This document shows positions 9,356 through 18,726 of a DNA stretch of 64,000 nt, one piece after another. Within the stretch, counting starts at the first letter, position 1, and every line of letters starts with the position of its first letter. The position numbers were made by a program, and so were the translations under genes. The DNA comes from Deltaproteobacteria bacterium. GTDB lineage: Bacteria; SAR324; NAC60-12. The DNA is taken from NCBI GenBank assembly GCA_002683655.1, contig NYTS01000078.1, positions 6,683 to 70,682 of the forward strand, given 5' to 3'. Under the pieces are notes generated by a model, which worked only from the letters and a program-made list of their open reading frames with translations, ran no database searches and was not told the origin of the DNA.

Positions 9356-11251
9356 TCAATAATAGAATCGTTGTTTGATTCGGCCTGCTTCTCTCGCTTC
9401 TACAAGCGCTTTGGTCTTAGGATCGTTCGTCACTTCGGCTCCAACGACCTCCCACCATACCTCCGGGCCAGGGGGTGAGCGATACTTCTCCGTTGGCACC
9501 ACAATTAAGCAAGAATTCTTCTGATGTTTTGCCGCTTGGAGTGCTGAGCGTATTTCCTTCTCAGTGTTGGCAACCCAGGTTTTTAAACCCACACTCTCAG
9601 CATTCTTTGCATAATCGACTTCGATAAACTGACCTTCATCCAAAAGCCCACTCGCTTGATCACGAATCTTGAACTCATTACCAAGTGAATGGCCAACCAG
9701 AGCTTTTTGATGCCCATGGATCGATTGATAACCATAATTCACGTTCAATAAGATCGTGATTTTTGTCCTTTCCTGCATAGCAGTGACCAGTTCCATGGGA
9801 TGCATTTGGTAATTGCCGTCTCCCATCAGCACATACACTTCTTTTTCAGCACCAGCCAATCTGACCCCAATCGCTGCTGGAATATCATAACCCATGCAGG
9901 AATTTCCAAACTCTAAGTGCAACGCCTTGCCGCCTTTTACATCAAAGAGTTTGGTTAGATCTGCTGGAATTGTCCCAGCTGCCGCCACGAGCACATCACC
10001 CTCATCCATTTCATCATTGAGGATTCCAATAAGGTGCCCTTGGCTCATCATCTCTTCAGCATGTTGAATGAAAACCTCTGTGCGTTTGATGTTTTCCCAA
10101 GAAATTTTTTCGAACCTGACTTTATTTGCCCAGTCTTTCTGAGGCTGAATTCCAACTTCAATTCCAGCTTCGAGCAAGGCACTTAGTGCTAATTTGGCAT
10201 CTGCCACAATAGGGAGTGCTCCAAGCTTATACGCATCACGGTCATTGACATTGACACTGATGAACTTCACATCCAGATTCTGGAAGGCAGAATTGGAGCC
10301 TGTAACGAAATCATGCAGTCTAGTACCTACACAGAGAACAACATCAGCCTCTTCTGCAATTTTTCCAGCACCTGGGGTTCCAAGGTGTCCAGTACCTCCC
10401 AAAAGTAGTTCATAATCAGATTGTATCGCACCACGTCCCGCATGTGTTTCACCAACTGGAATGCCAAATTTTTCCGCTAATGCAGCCAATTCATTCCATG
10501 CCTCTGAGTAGTGAATACCACCACCAGCGATGATGTAGGGTTTTTTGGCGCGCTTGAGCAATTCAGTAGCTTCCGCGATTCGCGCAGGATTCGGAGAGCT
10601 TCGTTCAATTCGCCAGATCCGTTTCTCAAAGAAGCGAGTTGGATAGTCGTAGGCATAGCCTTGGATATCTTGTGGTAATGCGATCGTTACCGCACCGGTC
10701 TCAGCGGGATTGGTCATGATGCGCATTGCTTCTGGAAGTGAGATTAGGATTTGCTCAGGGCGAGTGATTCGATCAAAAAAACGGCTGACGACTCTAAATG
10801 TGTCCGTAACAGACATGTCCTCAGAACTGAGATGATCAATATCCTGAAGAACAGTTCCACCGTATCGCGAGGCGTAATAGTCTGATGGAAGTAAAAGAAC
10901 TGGGATACGACAGATCGTAGCAGTCGCTGCTCCTGTGATCATGTTGGTTGCTCCGGGACCAATTGAGGTGGTACAAGCCATCGTGGCTTTGCGTCTCTTC
11001 GCTCTTGTAAAGCCGGTCGCCGCATGAACCATGGACTGCTCATTACACGGTTTGTGATAGGGCAATTCCTGACCATATTCAACGAGTGCCTGGCTCAGCC
11101 CGGAAACATTGCCGTGTCCAAAGATTCCCCAGATCCCCTGAATAAAACGCTGCTCCACCCCATCATATTCTGAGTATTGTGACTGCAAGAATTTCACAAT
11201 GGCTTGTGAAAGAGTCAGTCGTTCTTTCCGCTCAGAGGGGTAAAAGTTCAT
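9356..11251 (-). CDS. iolD: 3D-(3,5/4)-trihydroxycyclohexane-1,2-dione acylhydrolase (TPP-dependent), IolD
   Basis: 631 aa. The N-terminus RLTLSQAIVKFLQSQY…GIWGIFGHGNV, the TPP-binding GDG…N region (LMGDGNYQ) and the C-terminus WWEVVGAEV give end-to-end collinearity with IolD. Confidence 0.85.
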   Translation of the reverse strand: MNFYPSERKERLTLSQAIVKFLQSQYSEYDGVEQRFIQGIWGIFGHGNVSGLSQALVEYGQELPYHKPCNEQSMVHAATGFTRAKRRKATMACTTSIGPGATNMITGAATATICRIPVLLLPSDYYASRYGGTVLQDIDHLSSEDMSVTDTFRVVSRFFDRITRPEQILISLPEAMRIMTNPAETGAVTIALPQDIQGYAYDYPTRFFEKRIWRIERSSPNPARIAEATELLKRAKKPYIIAGGGIHYSEAWNELAALAEKFGIPVGETHAGRGAIQSDYELLLGGTGHLGTPGAGKIAEEADVVLCVGTRLHDFVTGSNSAFQNLDVKFISVNVNDRDAYKLGALPIVADAKLALSALLEAGIEVGIQPQKDWANKVRFEKISWENIKRTEVFIQHAEEMMSQGHLIGILNDEMDEGDVLVAAAGTIPADLTKLFDVKGGKALHLEFGNSCMGYDIPAAIGVRLAGAEKEVYVLMGDGNYQMHPMELVTAMQERTKITILLNVNYGYQSIHGHQKALVGHSLGNEFKIRDQASGLLDEGQFIEVDYAKNAESVGLKTWVANTEKEIRSALQAAKHQKNSCLIVVPTEKYRSPPGPEVWWEVVGAEVTNDPKTKALVEAREAGRIKQRFYY

Positions 11252-11354
11252 GCTTCATTCTCCTGATTGAAATTACCTAAATCTATTGTCTAAATTACTA
11301 AGAAGAAGTTTATTTTCAATGTGGTGCCTGAAACTAAAGTTTTGACCGACAAAG

Positions 11355-13151
11355 TCAATTTTCTAGTGCCTTCATAATAGCTAGCAAGGCTCCCCAAGAG
11401 TAAAAGCCATCCGTATCAGGCTGATCAAGTACCTCGCCAGTTTCAGCATTAAAATTTTCTCCACAAAGTCGCTGCTCCCAATTCATTTCGAAGAGCCTCC
11501 AACTTTGTTCTGCTAACTGTGCAGCCTCATTGGCAAAACCCTTACGCTTAAGTCCTTGCCAGACCCAAAAGTTGAGAGGAGCCCATATTCTTCCACACCA
11601 GTAAACGTTGTCCAAATACGCTGGATCATCTCTTGTCACAGAGGGCAGACCGAACTCCCCTCCAAATTTCGAAGGATTATTTAAATAGCCATGAATCATT
11701 CTTTGGGCCTGATCCATGGAACCAATATCTACAGCCATTGGAAAGAAAGAGGTGGGTGCCAGGGTGCTAACAAAGTCGCCGTTGATCATGCGGTTTGCGA
11801 AAACTCCTCGGCTTTCATCCCAGAGCCACTCGGCGATTCTTTGCTTGTGAGTAACTGTGCGCTCCCTCAATTTCTGGGCAGTATCTAATTCACCAAGTTC
11901 GTTAAAGATTCCTTCCAGCAATTCACCATCCAGTGCGGCCATACAATTCACGCCAACGTCTGCAGCTAGTAACAGTCCACTCACTTCATCGAAGGGGACA
12001 GGATCATGGAGAGGCGAGTTGTCCATCGTGGATTCGTCCTTTGCAGCGAGCTTGGTGCCTTTGTAGAGACCATCGCCTGCCTCAAGGGTGGTACCAAAGC
12101 AGAGCAAGCCGATATCTCCCAGTTGTCTTTTGGACCACCACCAGTCCAAGTTCCGAAGAAGACCCGTAGCATACCTCTTGAGGATGTCCTTGCGACCCGT
12201 CTTTTCGTAGAGTGACCAGACCACGAAGGCAGCAATTGGGGGCTGAGTACGATCCAGCCAGGCGTCGTTCCCTGTGACCAGGCAGGGAAAGTTTCCGGCC
12301 TGTGTCTGATGAGAGAAGACGGCATCCAGATTTTCTAAAGAACGCTCAACATCAAAAAATCCCCACATCCAGGCGTTGTAAAGTATGTCATTGAGCCAGA
12401 CGCCGAAGCCACCAAATTTCTTCTTGTTCCAGAACCGGCTCAAAGCCGTATAGGGTCTCTGGTTGACTGCATCCCAAACATGATTCCAGGCAATGACATC
12501 ATGTACCGCCTCCAAGGCTTGCTCCCTTGGTTCGGTTTCAGGCTTTGGAAATTCCTGAGGTACTAGCTTCATTGGATCATTTCCAATAGACCCACGTATG
12601 GTCATGGTGGGAGCTTCTTCGAGATTGAAGCGTAAGGCTAGGAAGGAACCACTCTTGGCCCTAGATGCCAGGTAGAAATAGCCGAATTCGTCAAATTCCT
12701 GGTTGAGTCCCTCGAGATCAGGATGCTGTGTCACTAACAAAGGTTTTTTTTCAGAAGTTAATGAAAAGCTCCGATCAGTTGCTGCTCCAGATATCTGACC
12801 TGTTTGCCGATCATAAACAAAATTCAAATCCCTAGTCCCGGTCAGGCATAGATTTACCCAAAATCGCAAACCCCACTCACCATGTTGAAGTACCTGCCAG
12901 TTGATTATGAAATCACCATCTCGTAATTCGTAATGCCACTGCAGGACAGTTCCGGCAACTTCGGTGGTGAACTGAATCCATTCATCTCCAATAGGACGGC
13001 GACCAAAAGTAACCTCAGGGCCTGGATTCAAAAGAGAAATTCGTTCTTTTGAGGCAGCGTAAAGAACGGGAGTGATTTGCACACCAGAGGCGAGGTGGAT
13101 CAATTCTGCAGGGCGTTCTGAGTTCCAGGTCCACCATCGATTGGGGGTCAT
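11355..13151 (-). CDS. Six-hairpin (alpha/alpha)6 glycoside hydrolase, GH63/GH37-like
   Basis: 598 aa, W/Y-rich C-terminal half (…DNVYWCGRIWAPLNFWVWQGLKRKGF…) resembling GH63 (mannosyl/glucosylglycerate hydrolase, processing glucosidase) and trehalase-like enzymes. Its start overlaps the upstream stop by 4 nt. The family assignment is tentative. Confidence 0.5.
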   Translation of the reverse strand: MTPNRWWTWNSERPAELIHLASGVQITPVLYAASKERISLLNPGPEVTFGRRPIGDEWIQFTTEVAGTVLQWHYELRDGDFIINWQVLQHGEWGLRFWVNLCLTGTRDLNFVYDRQTGQISGAATDRSFSLTSEKKPLLVTQHPDLEGLNQEFDEFGYFYLASRAKSGSFLALRFNLEEAPTMTIRGSIGNDPMKLVPQEFPKPETEPREQALEAVHDVIAWNHVWDAVNQRPYTALSRFWNKKKFGGFGVWLNDILYNAWMWGFFDVERSLENLDAVFSHQTQAGNFPCLVTGNDAWLDRTQPPIAAFVVWSLYEKTGRKDILKRYATGLLRNLDWWWSKRQLGDIGLLCFGTTLEAGDGLYKGTKLAAKDESTMDNSPLHDPVPFDEVSGLLLAADVGVNCMAALDGELLEGIFNELGELDTAQKLRERTVTHKQRIAEWLWDESRGVFANRMINGDFVSTLAPTSFFPMAVDIGSMDQAQRMIHGYLNNPSKFGGEFGLPSVTRDDPAYLDNVYWCGRIWAPLNFWVWQGLKRKGFANEAAQLAEQSWRLFEMNWEQRLCGENFNAETGEVLDQPDTDGFYSWGALLAIMKALEN

Positions 13152-13765
13152 AATTCACCTCGGGCTGAGAGAATTTCAGCAACTGTTGCGATTTCAATTT
13201 GCTGGGAATAGCGGGGAAAGAGGAATTCGAAGCAGGCGTTGTGTGATTTGAGATCCGAACTGGTTACTGCGTCTTTTGCGATGATGGTACGAAAACCAAG
13301 ATCTACGGCCGTCAAAACTGTCGCGAGAACACAAACATCGGTTTCGATTCCACTAAAAACCAATGCCGAGGGCTTGGCACTTTCAATATTTGATCTGAAT
13401 GAAACCGAAGCAAAGGCATCGTAGGTTGCCTTATCGAAGGTGTTTTCAGAATTGGCAAATTTCTGGAGATTTGGGTGCAGTGCGAGCAATTCCTCTCCGG
13501 CTTCTTCTTTGGTCACCTTATGCCAAAATTCATAGTAAGTCTGCCATCGGCCACTGGCTTCCATTGCTGTGCTTGGGGTAATGAACCTAGTAAAAAAAGT
13601 TGGGAGATTTCGAGCATGAACTAGTTGATCAATCATTGGTAGGAGGTCCAGCCCGGCTTCAGTAAACCAGGGGCCTGGTTCCAGAAAAATCCGCTGCATG
13701 TCTATGCAGATGTGTAACGCTTGATCATCCAGTAATCCGAAGACCAGCGGGAGAGTTTCAGGCAT
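13148..13765 (-). CDS. Isochorismatase-family cysteine hydrolase
   Basis: The catalytic region VFSGIETDVCVLATVLTAVDLGF is present and the 205 aa size fits. The gene is coupled to the ABC ATPase upstream (8-nt overlap) and to the glycosidase downstream. Confidence 0.8.
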   Translation of the reverse strand: MPETLPLVFGLLDDQALHICIDMQRIFLEPGPWFTEAGLDLLPMIDQLVHARNLPTFFTRFITPSTAMEASGRWQTYYEFWHKVTKEEAGEELLALHPNLQKFANSENTFDKATYDAFASVSFRSNIESAKPSALVFSGIETDVCVLATVLTAVDLGFRTIIAKDAVTSSDLKSHNACFEFLFPRYSQQIEIATVAEILSARGEL

Positions 13766-14813
13766 CTGGAAAAACTAAGGTGTCTTCTGGTCGAAAGCTG
13801 AGATGAACTTGGGTATTTGGTGAAATGAGCTCTCCCGAAAGATTTTGCACAAAGACTCTGAGAACTTGATCTCCACATTGGACTAGGTAGTTCAGACTGG
13901 TCCCATTAAAGATATGCTCGTTGACTTGACCAGCTATATGATTGCTGCTGGAAGGGGGTATATCTTGTTCTTTATGGATTGAAATTTTTTCAGGACGGAT
14001 GGAGCAGATTACTTGAGGGGAAGCGGGTTTGCTTCGAGTTTGAACAGTTCCACCAACATTTAAATTTACTCTTGAACCGTCAGCTTGCCCCTTCAATAAG
14101 TTGGCTTCGCCCAGAAAACGAGCTACAAAGACACTTTGGGGGTTTTCATAGATGTCCACTGGGCTGCCATGCTGCACAAGCTGACCTTCGTTAAGAATTC
14201 CAATTTGATCAGACATGGTTAATGCTTCTTCTTGATCGTGGGTAACAAAAATCGTGGTGATTCTCACATCACGCTGGATGCGTTTCAACTCAATCTCCAT
14301 TTCCAAACGCAGATTCCGGTCTAGTGCGCTCAAGGGTTCGTCAAGCAGCAGCACACGAGGTTTTGTTACGATTGCCCGAGCCAGTGCAACTCGTTGCCGC
14401 TGCCCTCCGGATAGTTGATCGGGTCTACGGTTATCAAATCCTGACAGCCGCACCAGTTCCAGCGCCTCACCAACAAGAAGTCTCGTTTCTGATGTAGAAA
14501 TCCCACGTACCCGCAGTCCAAATCCCACATTAGCCTGAACATCCATGTTTGGAAAAAGCGCATAATTCTGGAAGACCATGCCAATGTCTCGCTTTTCCAC
14601 AGGGATGTGATCCACAACCTTCCCATCGATCTGAATTGAGCCTCGATCAGGACTCTCAAAGCCTGCAATCATCCGTAACAACGTGGTTTTGCCACTTCCA
14701 GAGGGGCCCAATAGCGCAAAGAATTTTCCATTCTCAAATTCATAGGAAACTCGATCAAGCGCAACCGTAATACCGAAATTTTTGCTAATGTTCTGAACAC
14801 TTACACTGGCCAT
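13758..14813 (-). CDS. ABC transporter ATP-binding protein, PotA-like
   Basis: Walker A GPSGSGKTT, signature LSGGQRQR, Walker B LLLDEPLSALD and a C-terminal TOBE-like domain are present. The likely start MASVSVQNISKNF forms an ATGA overlap with the upstream permease stop; the longer ORF runs back to 15068. Confidence 0.85.
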   Translation of the reverse strand: MASVSVQNISKNFGITVALDRVSYEFENGKFFALLGPSGSGKTTLLRMIAGFESPDRGSIQIDGKVVDHIPVEKRDIGMVFQNYALFPNMDVQANVGFGLRVRGISTSETRLLVGEALELVRLSGFDNRRPDQLSGGQRQRVALARAIVTKPRVLLLDEPLSALDRNLRLEMEIELKRIQRDVRITTIFVTHDQEEALTMSDQIGILNEGQLVQHGSPVDIYENPQSVFVARFLGEANLLKGQADGSRVNLNVGGTVQTRSKPASPQVICSIRPEKISIHKEQDIPPSSSNHIAGQVNEHIFNGTSLNYLVQCGDQVLRVFVQNLSGELISPNTQVHLSFRPEDTLVFPDA

Positions 14814-15592
14814 CAGTCCCGCCCCCCAAAGCGATAGAATCGAGAGACCCCAAGAAGCAATAGCATCGAAAGGAGTATGACGAGTGTAGAAATGGCATTG
14901 ATCTCTGGCGTTAAACCTTTGCGAATTGCAGTGTAAATTTCCACGGGCAGTGTCGTGACTCCAGGTGCGGCCAGAAAGTAAGAAATGACGAATTGATCCA
15001 ATGAAACAGCGAATGCAAACAAAGCTGCTGCGATGATTCCCGGCATCAACCAGGGCACTGTAACCCAAAGGGTAGTTTGCCAGTAACTGGCACCAAGAGA
15101 TCTAGCGGCATCCTCGAGAGCGGAGTCAAAAGATTTCAACCTCGCCGAAACGACAATGACGACATAGGGCAACGAAAGAGCCACATGTCCCAGTACCATC
15201 GCATGAAGTCCACGTCCTATACCCACCCAGAAGAAAAAGACGAGCATCGCCGTCCCGATGATTAACCAGGGAATTGTGATTGGTGGAAAAATCAGGATTT
15301 GCAGCAAACGCTTCGCTCTAAAATCATACCTGTAGAAAGCAAGGGCAACCGCAGTCCCCATCATGGTCGATAGGCACGTACTCAGAAAAGCGACCGTTAA
15401 GCTGTTTACAGTCGCTGAATGAAGTTTGCTGTTATTAGCTAGCGCTTCGTACCATCTAATACTCCATTCAATCGGAAGTCGATACAGCTGGGATTCGTTG
15501 AATGATAGGGCAACCATCACCAAAATTGGGACATACAAAAAGACCACAATGCAAATCAGGTATGTCCTGCCGATCCATTTGAGAAAGTTCAT
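14813..15592 (-). CDS. ABC transporter permease, PotC-like
   Basis: A binding-protein-dependent permease with 6 TM segments. The likely start MNFLKWIGR forms an ATGA overlap with the upstream gene. Confidence 0.75.
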   Translation of the reverse strand: MNFLKWIGRTYLICIVVFLYVPILVMVALSFNESQLYRLPIEWSIRWYEALANNSKLHSATVNSLTVAFLSTCLSTMMGTAVALAFYRYDFRAKRLLQILIFPPITIPWLIIGTAMLVFFFWVGIGRGLHAMVLGHVALSLPYVVIVVSARLKSFDSALEDAARSLGASYWQTTLWVTVPWLMPGIIAAALFAFAVSLDQFVISYFLAAPGVTTLPVEIYTAIRKGLTPEINAISTLVILLSMLLLLGVSRFYRFGGRD

Positions 15593-16431
15593 TTGAAGCG
15601 ACGCACTAGAGGCGAGAAACCCAAAAGGACCAGCAGCACGAGTCCCATCATGATGAAGGACAAGGCTGCGCCGAGGGGCCAATTGAAAACCGCGGTGAAC
15701 TGATCCTCGATAATAGTTCCAATGAAGGTCCCGTTTCGCCCACCCAGTAGTCGAGGTTCCATGAATGAACCGATCACAGGAATGAAAATCAAAACCGAAC
15801 CTGCAACGATACCTGGCAACGCTAGAGGAACGATCAGCCGAAAGAATATGGTCAATTTCCCTGCACCCAGTGAGCGGGCTGCTTCCAGCAGCTGGTTGTC
15901 GATGGCATCAATCGAAATGTAGCAGGTGAGAATCATGTAAGGCAGGTAGGAATGAACCAAACCCAGAAGAATTGCTGGATAAGTAAACATCAGACCAAGT
16001 GGGCCTGTCCCAGGCAAGAGCCAATTGATGTAGTACTCCAAAATCCCGTTCCCTCGAAGAACCATTGTCCAGGAGAAGATGCGAACCAGGGCGTTTGACC
16101 AGAAAGGCAGTATGATCAGTAGGAAGAGAGCTTCTTTGGTCCGTCCTCCAATGGATTTAGCAAGAGCCAAAGCACAAGGAAAACCGAGCAACAGGCAAAA
16201 GGTGGTGACCTCCGCTCCAAGTTTGAAAGAGCGGAGCATCAATTCGCTGTAGAAGGCTTTTTCAAAAAAGGTTCCGTAGTTTTCTAGTGTCCACGAAACT
16301 TCTCGACTGCCGATCGGCACATCACTGAGAAAACTGTAATAGAGCATCGCCGAGAGAGGCAGCAGGATGGTCAGCGTCAGCCAGAGGTAGGCTGGGCTGA
16401 TCAGACTGAGAACTGCTGCTCGTTGATTCAT
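15589..16431 (-). CDS. ABC transporter permease, PotB-like
   Basis: A 6-TM permease with the EAA-like loop (…EAARSLGAGKLTIFFRLIVP…). Confidence 0.75.
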   Translation of the reverse strand: MNQRAAVLSLISPAYLWLTLTILLPLSAMLYYSFLSDVPIGSREVSWTLENYGTFFEKAFYSELMLRSFKLGAEVTTFCLLLGFPCALALAKSIGGRTKEALFLLIILPFWSNALVRIFSWTMVLRGNGILEYYINWLLPGTGPLGLMFTYPAILLGLVHSYLPYMILTCYISIDAIDNQLLEAARSLGAGKLTIFFRLIVPLALPGIVAGSVLIFIPVIGSFMEPRLLGGRNGTFIGTIIEDQFTAVFNWPLGAALSFIMMGLVLLVLLGFSPLVRRFK

Positions 16432-16477
16432 CAGTTCAGTAGGACTTCAATGAAGTACTCTCTTGGGAATCAGGAAA

Positions 16478-17545
16478 TCAATTTTGAAAATATGCTTTTG
16501 TTTCCTGCCAAAGTTCCAGAATTTCTTCCCTCAAGGCGTCCTCCATTGGGCCCATGAACTGAACCTTGGCGACTTTCTGTGAATCACTGAAGGCCGTACG
16601 GTTGAAAGCGTCCGCTGGAAGCATTGAGACCGCCTTGGCGTTGGCCGAGGTCGGAGCTCCCACTTCTGTATCCCACTTCACGTAAAAATCAGGATCAATC
16701 ATGAAGTTGATGAAGGCCTTCGCCTCATTGCGGTTCGGTGCATTCGTTGGAATGGATAGTCCATCCAACCAACCGATCGCTCCTTCCTGGGGGAGGACAA
16801 ATTCCACAGGGAGGCCGAAAGTATTCTTGGAACGGGAGGCAGAGCCAGACCAGTAGGTGGCCAGGTCAAACTCATTGGCAGAGAAGAACTGATTCCACTC
16901 ATCTTCTGAGGACCAGAAGGTGCGAATTTGAGGTTTCAACTCCCGTAGCTTTTGGCGGATCGCTTTCAGATCACTTGGATTGTTGATGTCTTGACCCAAG
17001 GCAACAGCTGCCAGTTGCACAGCTTCCACCGCATCGTCCCGCCAGCCTACCCTGCCAGCGTTTTTTGGATCCCACAGAGCTTCTATTGAATAAGGTGTCT
17101 GCTGAAAATCACCAGTATCTACTGCAAAAGAAGTTACCCCCCAAACCCAGGCAACTCCATAAATTTTACCATCATCGACGAGCTTTGGATCGTTGCGCAT
17201 GCTGGAAGAAAGATCACTTACATTGGCCATCCCGGTGGTCTCAATCGCTTCAATCAAACCCTCTTCGGCAGCTTGGCGCGTGTAGGCACTGTTGATTAAG
17301 ACAACATCATAGACTCCAGGGTTGGTTCTGAGCTTCGTCAGCATTTCCTGTTCGGAGTTGAAGTAGTCATGAACGACCTCAATGCCAGTGCGTTCCTTGA
17401 ACATTTCGAGGGCCCAGGCTTCATCAGTCCCGTATCCCTGCCAGTTGAGGACACGAATCTCTGCTGCACTAATCACGGAACTCCCAAGGATTAGAACAAT
17501 CAACCATTGGAAGCAGATCAATTTCAAAAGAACATGAAAACTCAT
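16478..17545 (-). CDS. Periplasmic substrate-binding protein, PotD/PotF family (polyamine/opine/amine-type SBP)
   Basis: A signal peptide is followed by PotD-like motifs (IRVLNWQGYGTDEA…, YDVVLINSAYTRQAAEEGL). Confidence 0.8.
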   Translation of the reverse strand: MSFHVLLKLICFQWLIVLILGSSVISAAEIRVLNWQGYGTDEAWALEMFKERTGIEVVHDYFNSEQEMLTKLRTNPGVYDVVLINSAYTRQAAEEGLIEAIETTGMANVSDLSSSMRNDPKLVDDGKIYGVAWVWGVTSFAVDTGDFQQTPYSIEALWDPKNAGRVGWRDDAVEAVQLAAVALGQDINNPSDLKAIRQKLRELKPQIRTFWSSEDEWNQFFSANEFDLATYWSGSASRSKNTFGLPVEFVLPQEGAIGWLDGLSIPTNAPNRNEAKAFINFMIDPDFYVKWDTEVGAPTSANAKAVSMLPADAFNRTAFSDSQKVAKVQFMGPMEDALREEILELWQETKAYFQN

Positions 17546-17939
17546 GGGTTTTTCTCGCAGGAGTTGATCGAAAAATTCTGTTTTAGAGCCATATGGCCAA
17601 CTAATTTTCAGAGAATACCTTCAATTACTAGGAGGCTCAATTGAAATCAATTGGCAAATCAATGTGTGGGATATTTTTGAAGCAAATTGGGAGATCGGTT
17701 TTCCGATTAAATTTTGCTGCTGTGCAGCTCAATAACTTCTGGTTTCTTGGGGTAGCTAGAAGAGGGAACTTTTTTGAATCGGAGTTTGATTGGTGAATGT
17801 TTTGGGGATGAATCGAACCAAAGAAAAATGGAGTTGGACAAGTTGATGAGAAGATTTGATGTTGATTCACCAACTTGCCAGGACGTAGGAAAAATTAGGT
17901 AGGGAATCTGGGAAAGTCTCCAAAATTGGGACTGAAAGT

Positions 17940-18350
17940 TCAGGCTACCCAGCGTATAGCTGGGCTGTAGCGCTCAGTATTCTGCTGAATCTCTCGAATA
18001 ATTTTAGGGATTCCGTGGAATTCCATGGGACCGCTCAGAAATTGAATCCCGTATTGTTTGATGTCCCCTAACTGCCATTGAGAGCAGAAGGCGATCTTCC
18101 CAGAAATCATTCCACACTTCATCAGACCTTTGGATTTGCGGTTATTCTGAATCAGTTTGGGGATGTAGAGTTCAAGATGAACAATCTTATCTAGTGGCAA
18201 CGATCCCTCACAGGAAATGCGGCAACCCCCTCGTGAGAGATCATGCACCCGCACAAGCTCTGAGAACTCAAAACTGGTAACCTGTGCGGGTACCGCTACA
18301 TCAAATCGTTTGGTTTTTCTGTTTTCATTAATGTTTTGCAAAATTGCCAT
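17940..18350 (-). CDS. PilZ-domain protein
   Basis: An RxxxR-like N-terminus (NRKTKRFDV) and D-x-S-x-x-G (HDLSRGGCRI) match c-di-GMP-binding PilZ domains. The protein is 136 aa. Confidence 0.55.
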   Translation of the reverse strand: MAILQNINENRKTKRFDVAVPAQVTSFEFSELVRVHDLSRGGCRISCEGSLPLDKIVHLELYIPKLIQNNRKSKGLMKCGMISGKIAFCSQWQLGDIKQYGIQFLSGPMEFHGIPKIIREIQQNTERYSPAIRWVA

Positions 18351-18726
18351 TAGTTTGCTCCAGAGTCGGTGAAAGTGTTAAGAAACATAATGTGTCATTG
18401 TATTCAAATTAGTCACTATTATGCAACATATAAATTTAAGAATTAGATTTGATTTAAATGATAATTCTTTATAAACAATTAATTTTTTTATAAAATTAAT
18501 TTTTAAAATTCATAATTATTTTTAAATTTGTAATAAATACAAATTTTCATGAAATGATAATAATCAACTCAATCGGATCAGCTAGAATACTAAAAATACA
18601 TTCAAGAATTTATCGCGGATTCTTCCAATCCATTTTTCATTTTGGAAAGGCTTGATCGGCTTTCGGGCGATGTGTAGATTTGTCATCTTTCAGGCTCAAT
18701 TGTTTATAGATTTTGCTAAGGAATTC
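18351..18726. promoter_or_regulatory. Extremely AT-rich divergent intergenic region between the PilZ gene and the molybdopterin oxidoreductase gene, with short A/T direct repeats
   Basis: About 375 bp of far lower GC than the flanks, containing repeated aattaattttt / aaaattcataattattttt blocks and no ORF. Confidence 0.4.

Noticed and set aside
14813-15068. N-terminal 85-aa extension of the PotA-like ORF (start at 15068)
   Set aside because: The extension overlaps the PotC-like gene in another frame and lacks ATPase homology. The start MASVSVQNISKNF at 14813 forms a canonical ATGA coupling.
17637-17873. 78-aa minus-strand ORF in the potD-PilZ spacer
   Set aside because: It has no RBS and no motif, is Cys/His/Gln-rich and low-complexity, and sits in an AT-biased intergenic region. 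It is probably spurious.
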